A stretch of DNA of 64,000 bases from Gammaproteobacteria bacterium (GTDB lineage: Bacteria; Pseudomonadota; Gammaproteobacteria; Eutrophobiales; Eutrophobiaceae), in assembly GCA_021773235.1 (NCBI GenBank), contig JAJFKL010000045.1:12150-76149 (forward strand). Direction: 5' to 3'. Below, one piece after another: positions 8,812 to 17,946 of this stretch; within the stretch, counting starts at the first letter, position 1, and each line of letters opens with the position of its first letter. The notes beneath the pieces were generated by a model, which made no database searches, was not told the origin of the DNA, and worked only from the letters and a program-made list of their open reading frames with translations. Position numbers and translations under genes: made by a program.

Positions 8812-10182
8812 TCAACTTTGTATTTGTTCCGTTGATTTATTTAACATCGCTTTGATCACAATAACAATAAACATAAAACCACCAACCGCAGACAGTAACC
8901 CACCTATTCCCATTACGCCCATTCCGGCAATACGCTCTATTGAATCCAAACCCTGTGCAGCGCCAGCAACTTTTCGTTGAACACCGTATCCCCCAGACCA
9001 GACCAGACCGGCAATATGGAGAAACTGTCCTGAGGCATAGAACCAAAGCTGTATTTTCGAAAGCTTGAAATTAACTTTGATAAAACCCAAGGCGGGTAAT
9101 AATTGATAACAAAGCCCCATCAATGCCAATGAAACACCAACAATACAACCATGGTAATGCGCAGGGATCTTGACGTTATTGCCATCAATCATGAAACCCA
9201 TCATGCCCCCTACTCCGAATAACATTAACGAAGTCAGTAAGGCAGCATACGCTGAAGATCCTTTAGCTGAATCTACTTTCTTTTGAAACAGTGTAAATAA
9301 TATCGCCATACTCAACGGAAATACGGCAAGGCTTCCGCCAAAACTCATCAACATAGTAAATATTTGACGATGAGAAATATCTGTAACGTCATACGCATAG
9401 TAAACAAGTGGTGTCGCAAATATTGAGAGCAAACCAACACCAAACAAAAATAAGGCAACTCTCGGACTTAATGGTAGAGAGAGTCCAGCACTCGATAATA
9501 ACCATAACCAGGCCACCATCATTAACAAAGTATAGGTAAATTGAAGTACGTGTCCCCCACCCCAGAAAAGGAGTTCGTAATAAACTTCACTGACTAATTG
9601 AATAGGCAAACTAATGTATGACCAGACAAAGGCTGCCAGCGCGACAAAAACGCCAATCGCTGCACAATTTAATCCAAATCGAATAACACCTTGACCGCTA
9701 ATCGTTTCCCCAACCTTAGTCATTGCACTCATACTGAATATAACTTGCAATCCGATTCCCGCACCGAAAATAACTAGGCCAACAAGAAAAAGTGAATCAT
9801 CCAACACTGGAATATAATTACTCATTAGTGCATTGGCACTGCCCATAAAAGGTGAAATAGTAATTATCAGGGTTCCTAGAAGTACAACAATAAAACTCAA
9901 TCGAGCAAGCCATGGAAATACAGGACGACTATTTAGGCTCCATAGGACACTCGCAAAAGATAATATCCACACTAAAGAAGACAGGTTGACATGTATAACC
10001 AGAGCTGTGTGGAAGAAATCAACGAATGGAATAAGTTCACCGACTATCGGTGTTCTGGCAAGAACCAACAATACTGAGAAAATTCCTGCCCCAAATAAAG
10101 TAAGTATAGCTAACCAGAACCAGGCAACTGCCAGATCTCTTCTATAATCAGTTGGCACGTCAAGTACATATTTAAAAAACAT
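8812..10182 (-). CDS. Divergent NorB/CcoN-like (haem-copper oxidase subunit I-like) 12-TM protein lacking the HH metal-ligand pair
   Basis: 456 aa. FFHTALVIH (H58/H64), LFWGGGHVLQF (H211) and PAHYHG (H342/H344) match the spacing of NorB/CcoN ligands. There is no HH doublet anywhere, and the expected region reads PLVYYAYDVTDISHR. Confidence 0.7.
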   Translation of the reverse strand: MFFKYVLDVPTDYRRDLAVAWFWLAILTLFGAGIFSVLLVLARTPIVGELIPFVDFFHTALVIHVNLSSLVWILSFASVLWSLNSRPVFPWLARLSFIVVLLGTLIITISPFMGSANALMSNYIPVLDDSLFLVGLVIFGAGIGLQVIFSMSAMTKVGETISGQGVIRFGLNCAAIGVFVALAAFVWSYISLPIQLVSEVYYELLFWGGGHVLQFTYTLLMMVAWLWLLSSAGLSLPLSPRVALFLFGVGLLSIFATPLVYYAYDVTDISHRQIFTMLMSFGGSLAVFPLSMAILFTLFQKKVDSAKGSSAYAALLTSLMLFGVGGMMGFMIDGNNVKIPAHYHGCIVGVSLALMGLCYQLLPALGFIKVNFKLSKIQLWFYASGQFLHIAGLVWSGGYGVQRKVAGAAQGLDSIERIAGMGVMGIGGLLSAVGGFMFIVIVIKAMLNKSTEQIQS

Positions 10183-10205
10183 ATCTAATCAGTGACGCTT
10201 ATTAG

Positions 10206-10700
10206 TTAATAACTCAAAATAGACTTTTTATTTGAATCTGATTTTATAAACACCAGACCCATTGCTAAACCAAACAAGAGTTTTGAGATCAAGGTCACTA
10301 TAAGAGGCATTAAGGAAATAAATGATGGATTGAGTATCGGTAAAACAACAAAGAAATTAACAACCCACACAATGGCGAGCGTTGTAAAACTGCATACAAT
10401 AACACTACGGTTACCAAATTGACGAGCTACTGATTTTAATATTATTGCATTAAAAGAAATGGCTAATATCAGTGACAGTATCAAATGGAACAGGATACCA
10501 AGCATCGGTGCATAATAGGAGGTCGCTGTGAAAGGCAATAGTGTCACTGATATTTCTCGCGCTACATTTGTCGCACTAACTGAACTCAGGGAGCTATATA
10601 GACTAACCCAGAAGATTTCCATCATGCCACCAACTATTCCGGCTGTAATCACAGTTACATCTAAACTATTAATCTCGCTGCGGGAATATTTATTCTGCAT
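10206..10700 (-). CDS. Polytopic membrane protein (hypothetical), between nirN and the NorB-like gene
   Basis: 164 aa, 4-5 predicted TM helices, no recognisable motif. Same strand as its neighbours, with short gaps. Confidence 0.5.
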   Translation of the reverse strand: MQNKYSRSEINSLDVTVITAGIVGGMMEIFWVSLYSSLSSVSATNVAREISVTLLPFTATSYYAPMLGILFHLILSLILAISFNAIILKSVARQFGNRSVIVCSFTTLAIVWVVNFFVVLPILNPSFISLMPLIVTLISKLLFGLAMGLVFIKSDSNKKSILSY

Positions 10701-10743
10701 AAAACTTAAATCCTGTTTTTAGAATACCTAGTTTAACGTATTG

Positions 10744-12324
10744 TTAATGACTGGTGCCGCTGGATCTCGTAATTTTATTATAGACATTATATTTCCCAGA
10801 AGGCTTTTTCATCGGGAGTCGTTTAATCTCTTCGAGTGAATTAGCATCATAAATTATAATAGCACCATCGTTATCCCAAATACTCAATATCGCATAGCGT
10901 CCATCTTTTGTGAACTCAACATGCGCTGCTGTTTTACCAGGTTCCGGCTTGAGTGTTTTTACAATTTCCAAAGTGGCTTTGTCGATAATATGAACGACAT
11001 CTTTATTTGGCCCAAAGAACACATCGACCCATGCATAAGGTGTTTTTTCATGACTACGCATAAAGAACCCCGGTCCTTGTGTGTCAATACGTTTAATCGT
11101 CTTCCAGTCATTCATATCAATGACACTAACAACACCGTCTTTCAGGTTTGGGGTGGCGAGTATAGGTTTACCTTGGTATTCCCAAGTAATCCCTGAGCCC
11201 ATATGAGGTAAGCCCGGAAGATCAAGTTCTGAGTCTTTCTTTCCCAGAACCAAATCAACAACCTGGCCATTCTTTGAATTTCTGGCAGCCCCAATCAAGT
11301 ATTCATATTTCTGATCAAAGAAGAAGTCATCTAGATAATCATCCAACTCTATACGGCGCACTGGAAAAGGTTCTTGTTCCGGTGGCCCTTCATCTCGATG
11401 GTCATGTACCCAACCATAAAATGGCGGGTTATCTGAATAAGGAATTTCCCAAACTTCAGTAATGTCTTTTAATGCAGCAATAAAACTTTCACGCGGCCCT
11501 GCATCATAAACAGCACTAACACGTGAACTGTTTCCTGAATTATCTTTTACCTCGATAAGTTTGACCGGTGATAAGTCAGAGGTATTGAATATAACCAGCG
11601 TATGCGGCAAATAATTCGCGGCAATCACGTAACGACCATCACTGGATGTTGCAATGTTGCGTGTGTTTATTCCTGCACGAACTTCTGCCACTGTTTTCAG
11701 GTTATACATATCAAATTTTGATATCCAACCATCTCTCGACACAAAGAATACAAAGCGACCATCGGGTGAATATTTTGGCCCACCATGTAATGCATGTCGT
11801 GTTTTAAAACGGTGAATGGGTTCAAAGCGATCACCATCCAATACTGTTGCATGATGGTCGCCTGTTTCTACAACCAGAAACAGATTGAGAGGGTCAGCAT
11901 CAAATGTTGGTTTATTGCTTAATTGATCGTCCTTGAAATATTGAACGCGAGATTGCGTTATTTCTTTCATTCCCCACGCTGGCATTTCTTTTAATGGGGT
12001 ATAAATAAGATCTACCAGTAATGAAATTTCCTCATCATTTAGCTTACTGCCAAATGCAGGCATTTGCGTTGCTGCTAATCCATCACGTATCGATGCTGCA
12101 GCTTTTTTAGGTCTGACACGTTTTAGGTTTTCCGGGAGTAATGCCGGGCCAATACTGCCGAGACGATCCTGACCATGACATTCGGCACAATTATTTTTAT
12201 ACAATTGGGATACATCTGATTCTGCATAGACAGGAATCAGTCCACTTGTAATTATAATTAATAAAATTGAATTTAAGGTATTGAATCTAGATAACAACGG
12301 CATCGTTTGTGTTTTTCTCTTCAT
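10744..12324 (-). CDS. nirN: Cytochrome cd1-family protein NirN (dihydro-haem d1 dehydrogenase)
   Basis: 526 aa. Signal peptide, haem c motif CAECHG, then a d1-type beta-propeller paralogous to NirS/NirF. Lies after nirJ, as in Pseudomonas nirJEN. The start may be M8 (12303). Confidence 0.8.
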   Translation of the reverse strand: MKRKTQTMPLLSRFNTLNSILLIIITSGLIPVYAESDVSQLYKNNCAECHGQDRLGSIGPALLPENLKRVRPKKAAASIRDGLAATQMPAFGSKLNDEEISLLVDLIYTPLKEMPAWGMKEITQSRVQYFKDDQLSNKPTFDADPLNLFLVVETGDHHATVLDGDRFEPIHRFKTRHALHGGPKYSPDGRFVFFVSRDGWISKFDMYNLKTVAEVRAGINTRNIATSSDGRYVIAANYLPHTLVIFNTSDLSPVKLIEVKDNSGNSSRVSAVYDAGPRESFIAALKDITEVWEIPYSDNPPFYGWVHDHRDEGPPEQEPFPVRRIELDDYLDDFFFDQKYEYLIGAARNSKNGQVVDLVLGKKDSELDLPGLPHMGSGITWEYQGKPILATPNLKDGVVSVIDMNDWKTIKRIDTQGPGFFMRSHEKTPYAWVDVFFGPNKDVVHIIDKATLEIVKTLKPEPGKTAAHVEFTKDGRYAILSIWDNDGAIIIYDANSLEEIKRLPMKKPSGKYNVYNKITRSSGTSH

Positions 12325-13471
12325 TATTTTCAGGCAAACCTATTTCCTCATCGGTGAGATAACAACCCGGATCTTCTGCCCAGGGATCTCCCGTCAATTG
12401 CATTGCTCGTATACGCGTATTTCCACCGCATATATCAAAGAAAGAACAGCTATGGCAACGCCCTGAAATATTACGTGGTGTCTTTTTCAATTCCTTCATC
12501 ATCGGATCACTAGTGTCCATCCAAATATCGGAAAAAGGACGATCTTTAACGTTACCAAGACTGTAATGCCACCAATAAGTATCAGGGTGTACATCTCCGA
12601 GGTTGTCGATATTCGCGACATTAACACCGGAACTATTGCCTCCCCACTGTTGAAGTTTGGCTTTTATATGTTGCGCCATTTCAGGATGATTTTTCTCTAC
12701 CCAGTGAAGTAGATAAACGCCATCAGCATCATTATTACCAGTGACATATTCAGTTTTAATCCCGTTCTCAATATCTTGCCAACATGTTTCAAAGATCAAG
12801 TCGAGAGCATTTCGGGTCATCTGGAAGGTAGCATCGTCCTTTCTATTTCTGTTTCCTCTACCAGAGTAGTTAAGATGAGACAGATAGAACTTATCAATTT
12901 CTTCATCATGCATCAGCTTTAGTAAGTCCGGCAACGATGCATCGTTGTCCTGAGTGATTGTATAACGAATACCTATCTTTATATCGTTATCGCGACAGAG
13001 ACGGATCGCATTGATCGATGCATCGTAGGCACCTTCCTTACGTCGGAATTTATCGTGTACATCACCAATGCCATCAATGCTTATTCCGACATAGTCGTAA
13101 TCCATCGCTTTTATTTCACTGATCATATCCTTATTGATCAAGGTACCATTGGTAGAAAGGCCAACATAAAACCCCATGTCTTTGGCTCGTTTGGAAATCT
13201 CAAATATATCTGGATGTAATAGTGGTTCGCCACCTGAAAGGATTAATACAGGAACACGAAATTCTTTAAGGTCATCCATGGTACGGTAGATATCATCGGT
13301 ACTGAGTTCGTCTGGGAAATCATAATCTGCCGAAATAGAGTAACAATGTTTACAGGCTAGATTACAGCGACGTATCAGGTTCCATATCACGACGGGACCG
13401 GGTGGTTTTCTTGCGGGTCCAATCGGTGTCGGATTTTTTACTTCATCCAAATATTGTCTTATACGAAACAT
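12287..13471 (-). CDS. nirJ: Radical SAM haem d1 biosynthesis protein NirJ
   Basis: 394 aa. CNLACKHCY radical SAM cluster motif and C-terminal Cys-rich SPASM-like region (CHSCSFFDICGG). Lies within the nir cluster. Confidence 0.9.
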   Translation of the reverse strand: MFRIRQYLDEVKNPTPIGPARKPPGPVVIWNLIRRCNLACKHCYSISADYDFPDELSTDDIYRTMDDLKEFRVPVLILSGGEPLLHPDIFEISKRAKDMGFYVGLSTNGTLINKDMISEIKAMDYDYVGISIDGIGDVHDKFRRKEGAYDASINAIRLCRDNDIKIGIRYTITQDNDASLPDLLKLMHDEEIDKFYLSHLNYSGRGNRNRKDDATFQMTRNALDLIFETCWQDIENGIKTEYVTGNNDADGVYLLHWVEKNHPEMAQHIKAKLQQWGGNSSGVNVANIDNLGDVHPDTYWWHYSLGNVKDRPFSDIWMDTSDPMMKELKKTPRNISGRCHSCSFFDICGGNTRIRAMQLTGDPWAEDPGCYLTDEEIGLPENNEEKNTNDAVVI

Positions 13472-13480
13472 TTTTTATCC

Positions 13481-13987
13481 TTATTGAGTATTGCCGATGC
13501 GCATACCCGTTTTTTTCAATATACGTGTGCTGTATAACACGGTGTGTTGTCGATTTGCAGCACCTAGTATAGCTGCAATCTCATTAATATAATTATCGGT
13601 TGTTTGTTTATCATACCCATGCACCATTGCAAACAGGTTGTATGGCCAATCGGGTAGGTGCCGTGGACGATGATAACAATGACTAACAAAATCCAGGGCG
13701 CCAATTTTGTTACCTAATTCATTTATTTTTTCATCAGGCACATCCCATACCGTCATTCCATTTGCACGGTAACCCAATCGATAATGATTTGGAACAACGC
13801 CAATTCGTCTGATAATACCTTGTTCAAGCAGCTTACCAATTCTTTCTATAACCAGTTTCGGTTCAAGCTCAAGTTGTTCTGCAATGACATGATAAGGCCG
13901 GGCGGTAATAGGAAAGCCTGCTTGTGTCGCTTCAATAATCCTTCGATCAATTTGATCCAGTGTGGTGTTATCTGAATTACGCATCAA
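13481..13987 (-). CDS. nirH: Sirohaem decarboxylase subunit NirH (Lrp/AsnC-like)
   Basis: 168 aa. Fourth of four tandem AsnC-like paralogues (D-L-G-H order). Confidence 0.8.
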   Translation of the reverse strand: MMRNSDNTTLDQIDRRIIEATQAGFPITARPYHVIAEQLELEPKLVIERIGKLLEQGIIRRIGVVPNHYRLGYRANGMTVWDVPDEKINELGNKIGALDFVSHCYHRPRHLPDWPYNLFAMVHGYDKQTTDNYINEIAAILGAANRQHTVLYSTRILKKTGMRIGNTQ

Positions 13988-14420
13988 ATTTCAATCTCAC
14001 AAAATATTCATCAAGTTTAGGCATTGCAAAAGTCGGATAACCTGTTTGTGTTTCAATATCCGCAAGTAAATCTTCTAATTGAGATTCAGATTCTGCAGCA
14101 AGAACAAACCAGACATTAAGTTCATGTGTCCGTTCATAATTATGCGCAACTTCAGGGTAACTATTAACAGCCTCAATAACTTTTTCAAGATCATGTTCAG
14201 GAATTTGCATGGCAACCAAACAATATATGCCTCCAAGCATTTCAATATTATACAATGGCCCAAATCGACTTAAGGTACCATCATCACGTAGTGCTTGAAC
14301 GCGCAGTATTAATTCATTTTCTTCCAGATTTAATTGTTCTGCCAGCATGGCAAAAGGTCTTTCACATACAGGAAAACCTTCCTGCATGTGATTAATGATA
14401 CTTCGGTCAACCTCGTTCAT
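13977..14420 (-). CDS. nirG: Sirohaem decarboxylase subunit NirG
   Basis: Track ORF trimmed to the ATG at 14420, which forms an ATGA overlap with the nirL stop. MNEVDRSIINHMQEGFP is an AsnC-like HTH start. Confidence 0.8.
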   Translation of the reverse strand: MNEVDRSIINHMQEGFPVCERPFAMLAEQLNLEENELILRVQALRDDGTLSRFGPLYNIEMLGGIYCLVAMQIPEHDLEKVIEAVNSYPEVAHNYERTHELNVWFVLAAESESQLEDLLADIETQTGYPTFAMPKLDEYFVRLKFDA

Positions 14421-14935
14421 GTTTTTATTCCAGGCTGTGAAATATAATTTGCCGCGCATTGTTTAAAACGTCTTTTACTAAACAGTACCTCATAAGGCAC
14501 ATCACACCAGTCGTTTTCTGAAATCATTTCTTCTAATAGCAGTGTTACTTCATTACGCGACTTCCCATGAATCATACAAAATAAATTGTAGCGCCATTCG
14601 GGTAATTGTCGGGGACGGCGGTAGCACAATGTAATGAAAGGATAAGATTTGATTTGATTGCCGACAGCCTGAACCTGATCGTCCGCAATATCCCAGACCA
14701 CCATCGCATTCTCCCTATAACCCAATTCATGGTGACGGACCACAACACCAAAGCGTTTAAATAAACCACGCTCTATTAAACTGGATATCCGATTGATGAC
14801 TTCCGCTTCCGAGATACCTAATTGGTCACTAATTTCAGCGTAAGGACGATCGGCTATAGGCAAACCATTTTGTATACTGGCGATTAACTGGTGCTCGATA
14901 TAATCGAGTCCGTTATTATTTAGTGCTGATTCCAT
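14417..14935 (-). CDS. nirL: Sirohaem decarboxylase subunit NirL
   Basis: 172 aa AsnC-like paralogue; second in the D-L-G-H series. Confidence 0.8.
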   Translation of the reverse strand: MESALNNNGLDYIEHQLIASIQNGLPIADRPYAEISDQLGISEAEVINRISSLIERGLFKRFGVVVRHHELGYRENAMVVWDIADDQVQAVGNQIKSYPFITLCYRRPRQLPEWRYNLFCMIHGKSRNEVTLLLEEMISENDWCDVPYEVLFSKRRFKQCAANYISQPGIKT

Positions 14936-15429
14936 TTCAAATTAAAACCTAAATCAATATGGAATGCCTCTTCTAAAGGCAAACGTAATAATTGACATCC
15001 TGTCTTTTCTTTTATTTCGCTTAATATTATTTCCAACCGTTTTTCATCTGCGGCCGTAATCACAAACCAAAGGTTAAACTTATGTTCCCGTTCATAGTTA
15101 TGATTAACTTCGGGGTAACTGTTTACCATTTCTGCGATTTCATTCAGTTTTTCTTCAGGGACTAATAATGCCGCTAACAGGCTGGCACCGATAGTATTGG
15201 GTTTTATTACTGGACCAATTCGGCTAATGGCACCCTCGGCAATTAATCTTTCATAAATATTTAATACTTGGCTTACATCAACTCTATAACGATCCGCAAT
15301 CTCGTGAAACGGTTGTGATGATAATGGGAAGTCATGCTGAAAATCATTCATCAATACTTTTTCCAATGAGGTGTAAGGCTGGTCATTAAACTCACCGTAT
15401 TCAATATTTTTATCCAATGCTTTTGTCAT
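14920..15429 (-). CDS. nirD: Sirohaem decarboxylase subunit NirD
   Basis: 169 aa AsnC-like paralogue directly after nirF. Confidence 0.8.
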   Translation of the reverse strand: MTKALDKNIEYGEFNDQPYTSLEKVLMNDFQHDFPLSSQPFHEIADRYRVDVSQVLNIYERLIAEGAISRIGPVIKPNTIGASLLAALLVPEEKLNEIAEMVNSYPEVNHNYEREHKFNLWFVITAADEKRLEIILSEIKEKTGCQLLRLPLEEAFHIDLGFNLKWNQH

Positions 15430-15431
15430 CG

Positions 15432-16604
15432 TTATAAACCTATCTTGTGTGCTCGATGCGTGAAGAAAATCCCACTGGGTTTATCTACGGAAATTTCAGC
15501 AAGAGCATCAAAGGTTTCCGTATCATAGACATCAACACGATCTTCATCTCTTATAGACACCCAGACCTCTTCACCGCGTGGCGTAAACTCCATATGCAAA
15601 ACAGCTTTACCCGGTGAGAGTTCTTTCACTATCTCCATCTTTGCGGTATCAATAATTTGCAGGCGGTCATTCTTAGGAAATGCAAAATTAACCCAAACAT
15701 GCCTCCCATCTGGTCTGGCGATGGCAAATACCGGTTGGCCATATGTTTTAATACGTGCGACTTCTTGCCAGCTATCGGGGTCAATGATGACAACGGCGTG
15801 TTCGCCAATTGCTGGGATAAAGAGATGTTTTCCAGCAAGCGCCCAACCTTCCAAGTGTGGCATTTTATAGACGGGTAGCTTTTCTGTACCTCGACCATAA
15901 TTAGTTAATACCTTCTTAACACCTTTATCGATATTCCAGAGGTCAAGAACGGCGAGACCATTCTCGCCAAATAAACCGGCAATGTAATAGCGACCATCAG
16001 GCGTTATTAGTGCGTCATAGGGCTGTAAACCAACATTCTTGAATTTTGTAATAACTGGTTTATTAGGATCATTAATATCAACCACCCAGATTTCACCCGC
16101 ATCATAAAGACTGAAGACAAAGCGTTGCCCTGGTGCATCAACCAAACCAACCACCTTTGAAAATTCTCCTGCGCCATATTCAGCAGGTATGTCGGTAACG
16201 GGTGCGAGTGTTTCTGAATCAAATATGCGAACACCGCCCGGCTCATAATTTGATACGGCGACCAATTTTCCATCTTGTGAAATTGCCCCGCCAATACTAT
16301 TACCCGCTTGGATAATGCGCTTATTGATTTTGTTGGTAAGCAAATCTATTTTTGTTAAACCACCATCGCGACCAAATACGAACGCATAACGTGCGTCACG
16401 TGAAAATGTCGCCGACGCATGGGAGAGGTCGCCTAATCCTTTAATAATGCCTATATCGGTTCGTTTGCTGGTATTAATCAACTTAACCTGACCAACAGCA
16501 CGCTCAATGATAATGCCTAAATCACCAGTGCCTTTTAATTCTGCATGAGAATTTACAGCGATCAGCAAACCAAGACATAAAACTATTTTTCTTATGAAAA
16601 TCAT
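15432..16604 (-). CDS. nirF: Haem d1 biosynthesis protein NirF (cd1-like beta-propeller without a haem c domain)
   Basis: 390 aa. Signal peptide, d1-type propeller similar to the NirS/NirN C-terminal domains, no CxxCH. Position follows nirC. Confidence 0.85.
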   Translation of the reverse strand: MIFIRKIVLCLGLLIAVNSHAELKGTGDLGIIIERAVGQVKLINTSKRTDIGIIKGLGDLSHASATFSRDARYAFVFGRDGGLTKIDLLTNKINKRIIQAGNSIGGAISQDGKLVAVSNYEPGGVRIFDSETLAPVTDIPAEYGAGEFSKVVGLVDAPGQRFVFSLYDAGEIWVVDINDPNKPVITKFKNVGLQPYDALITPDGRYYIAGLFGENGLAVLDLWNIDKGVKKVLTNYGRGTEKLPVYKMPHLEGWALAGKHLFIPAIGEHAVVIIDPDSWQEVARIKTYGQPVFAIARPDGRHVWVNFAFPKNDRLQIIDTAKMEIVKELSPGKAVLHMEFTPRGEEVWVSIRDEDRVDVYDTETFDALAEISVDKPSGIFFTHRAHKIGL

Positions 16605-16605
16605 A

Positions 16606-16941
16606 TTAATTGCTTTCTAATATTCCAGTTTTAAGTTGTTTTACCATCCAGCTTACTTCCTGTTTATCAAGAATTCCCTTCCAGGGAGGCATAGGCGTTC
16701 CTTTAACACCATTCATAATGATGCTAGATAATGCCTCGGGAGATTTATCCTTGAGTTTTTCAGGTGTCAGTGAAGTGCCTAAACCACCTTTCAATGTCAT
16801 TCCATGACAGGAACCACAATCATGTTTTATCAAATGTAATAATTCTTGTTGGCGGTCATTGGGTATATCAGTCGCTATAACAGCACAGGGAAAAATCAAC
16901 GTTTGAACAAACAGACTACCTATTAATGTCTTGATGAACAT
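16606..16941 (-). CDS. nirC: Monohaem cytochrome c55X NirC
   Basis: 111 aa. Signal peptide, single CGSCHG motif, and Met in MPPW. Position precedes nirF. Confidence 0.75.
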   Translation of the reverse strand: MFIKTLIGSLFVQTLIFPCAVIATDIPNDRQQELLHLIKHDCGSCHGMTLKGGLGTSLTPEKLKDKSPEALSSIIMNGVKGTPMPPWKGILDKQEVSWMVKQLKTGILESN

Positions 16942-17513
16942 TATTTTCCGGCCATAAGATCGTTATCGATATATTCAACACGCACATATTTTTGCAGGCC
17001 CATCACTCTTGCTTCTCGATCATTTCCGTTTACCGTTATATTCCATACAGCAAGTTGATTTACCCCAGTCGGAATTAAATTTGATTCCTGCATTTGCTTT
17101 AGGACTGCCACAGGATAATTATCGGAAGATGGCTCGCCCAACTTGTCCGAAAGATCCTTGCGAACAGAATCGGAATTCACTAATCCGGGGAAAATTTCAA
17201 TGACTAGTGCAAGACGATCTGAATTTGCCGGGAAGACATAAAGTAAATCAGTGGTTATCCAACTTTGTTTTCGTTTGGCAAAAATCAAATGGTCACCATC
17301 AGTATCTTCACTACTCGAAAAGTCCACACCATCTTTTTCAAAAACAGCACGTACTTCCTCTGCTGACATACCGAAACTAGTGCTGAGATGGCCTTGCAGT
17401 TGTGTTTCTGCAATAACGTTATTAATATTTGTTAGTGCAAATATAAGAAATAAGATCTTTATTAATTTATTAATCATTACTACTAAGCTTTTGCTCTCAA
17501 TTAAATCTATCAA
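16941..17513 (-). CDS. Secreted hypothetical protein embedded in the nir operon
   Basis: 190 aa. Signal peptide (ILFLIFALTNINNVIA) and no recognisable motif. Its stop overlaps the nirC start. Confidence 0.5.
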   Translation of the reverse strand: MIDLIESKSLVVMINKLIKILFLIFALTNINNVIAETQLQGHLSTSFGMSAEEVRAVFEKDGVDFSSSEDTDGDHLIFAKRKQSWITTDLLYVFPANSDRLALVIEIFPGLVNSDSVRKDLSDKLGEPSSDNYPVAVLKQMQESNLIPTGVNQLAVWNITVNGNDREARVMGLQKYVRVEYIDNDLMAGK

Positions 17514-17540
17514 GTAGCAAAGAATCTCCTCTAATTAAAT

Positions 17541-17873
17541 TTACTCAACGATAATCGTACCGATCATATCTTCATGAGGTTCGCAACGATAAGGATAGGT
17601 GCCCGGTTTGTCGAATGTCCTCTCCCATGTTTCTTCTGGAAAAATGTACTCAGCTTCAGGAAAGCCTTCAGCTTCAAACCAGACACTGTGATATTGACGT
17701 TTCTCTACGTTCAGCCATTTAACGGTGGTTCCCACCTTTACTGTAACGGGCTCTCCGTTTCCATATTGGGAATCTTTAATTTCAACGATAACAGTCTCAG
17801 CAAAAACGGAAACAGCGCTCAAAGAGAAACATAATGCTAGTACAACATTATTAATCAATAGCTTTGTGTTCAT
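17541..17873 (-). CDS. Small blue-copper protein (cupredoxin, amicyanin-like loop)
   Basis: 110 aa. Signal peptide. Type-1 Cu ligand pattern: H in QYHSVWF, and C-x2-H-x2-M in YRCEPHEDMIG. Confidence 0.7.
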   Translation of the reverse strand: MNTKLLINNVVLALCFSLSAVSVFAETVIVEIKDSQYGNGEPVTVKVGTTVKWLNVEKRQYHSVWFEAEGFPEAEYIFPEETWERTFDKPGTYPYRCEPHEDMIGTIIVE

Positions 17874-17946
17874 TTTCTTATCCTTCTAGTTGTGTGTCTC
17901 TGATTTGACATACTGAAAGTAGAAAATACTTATAAAAATATCAATA

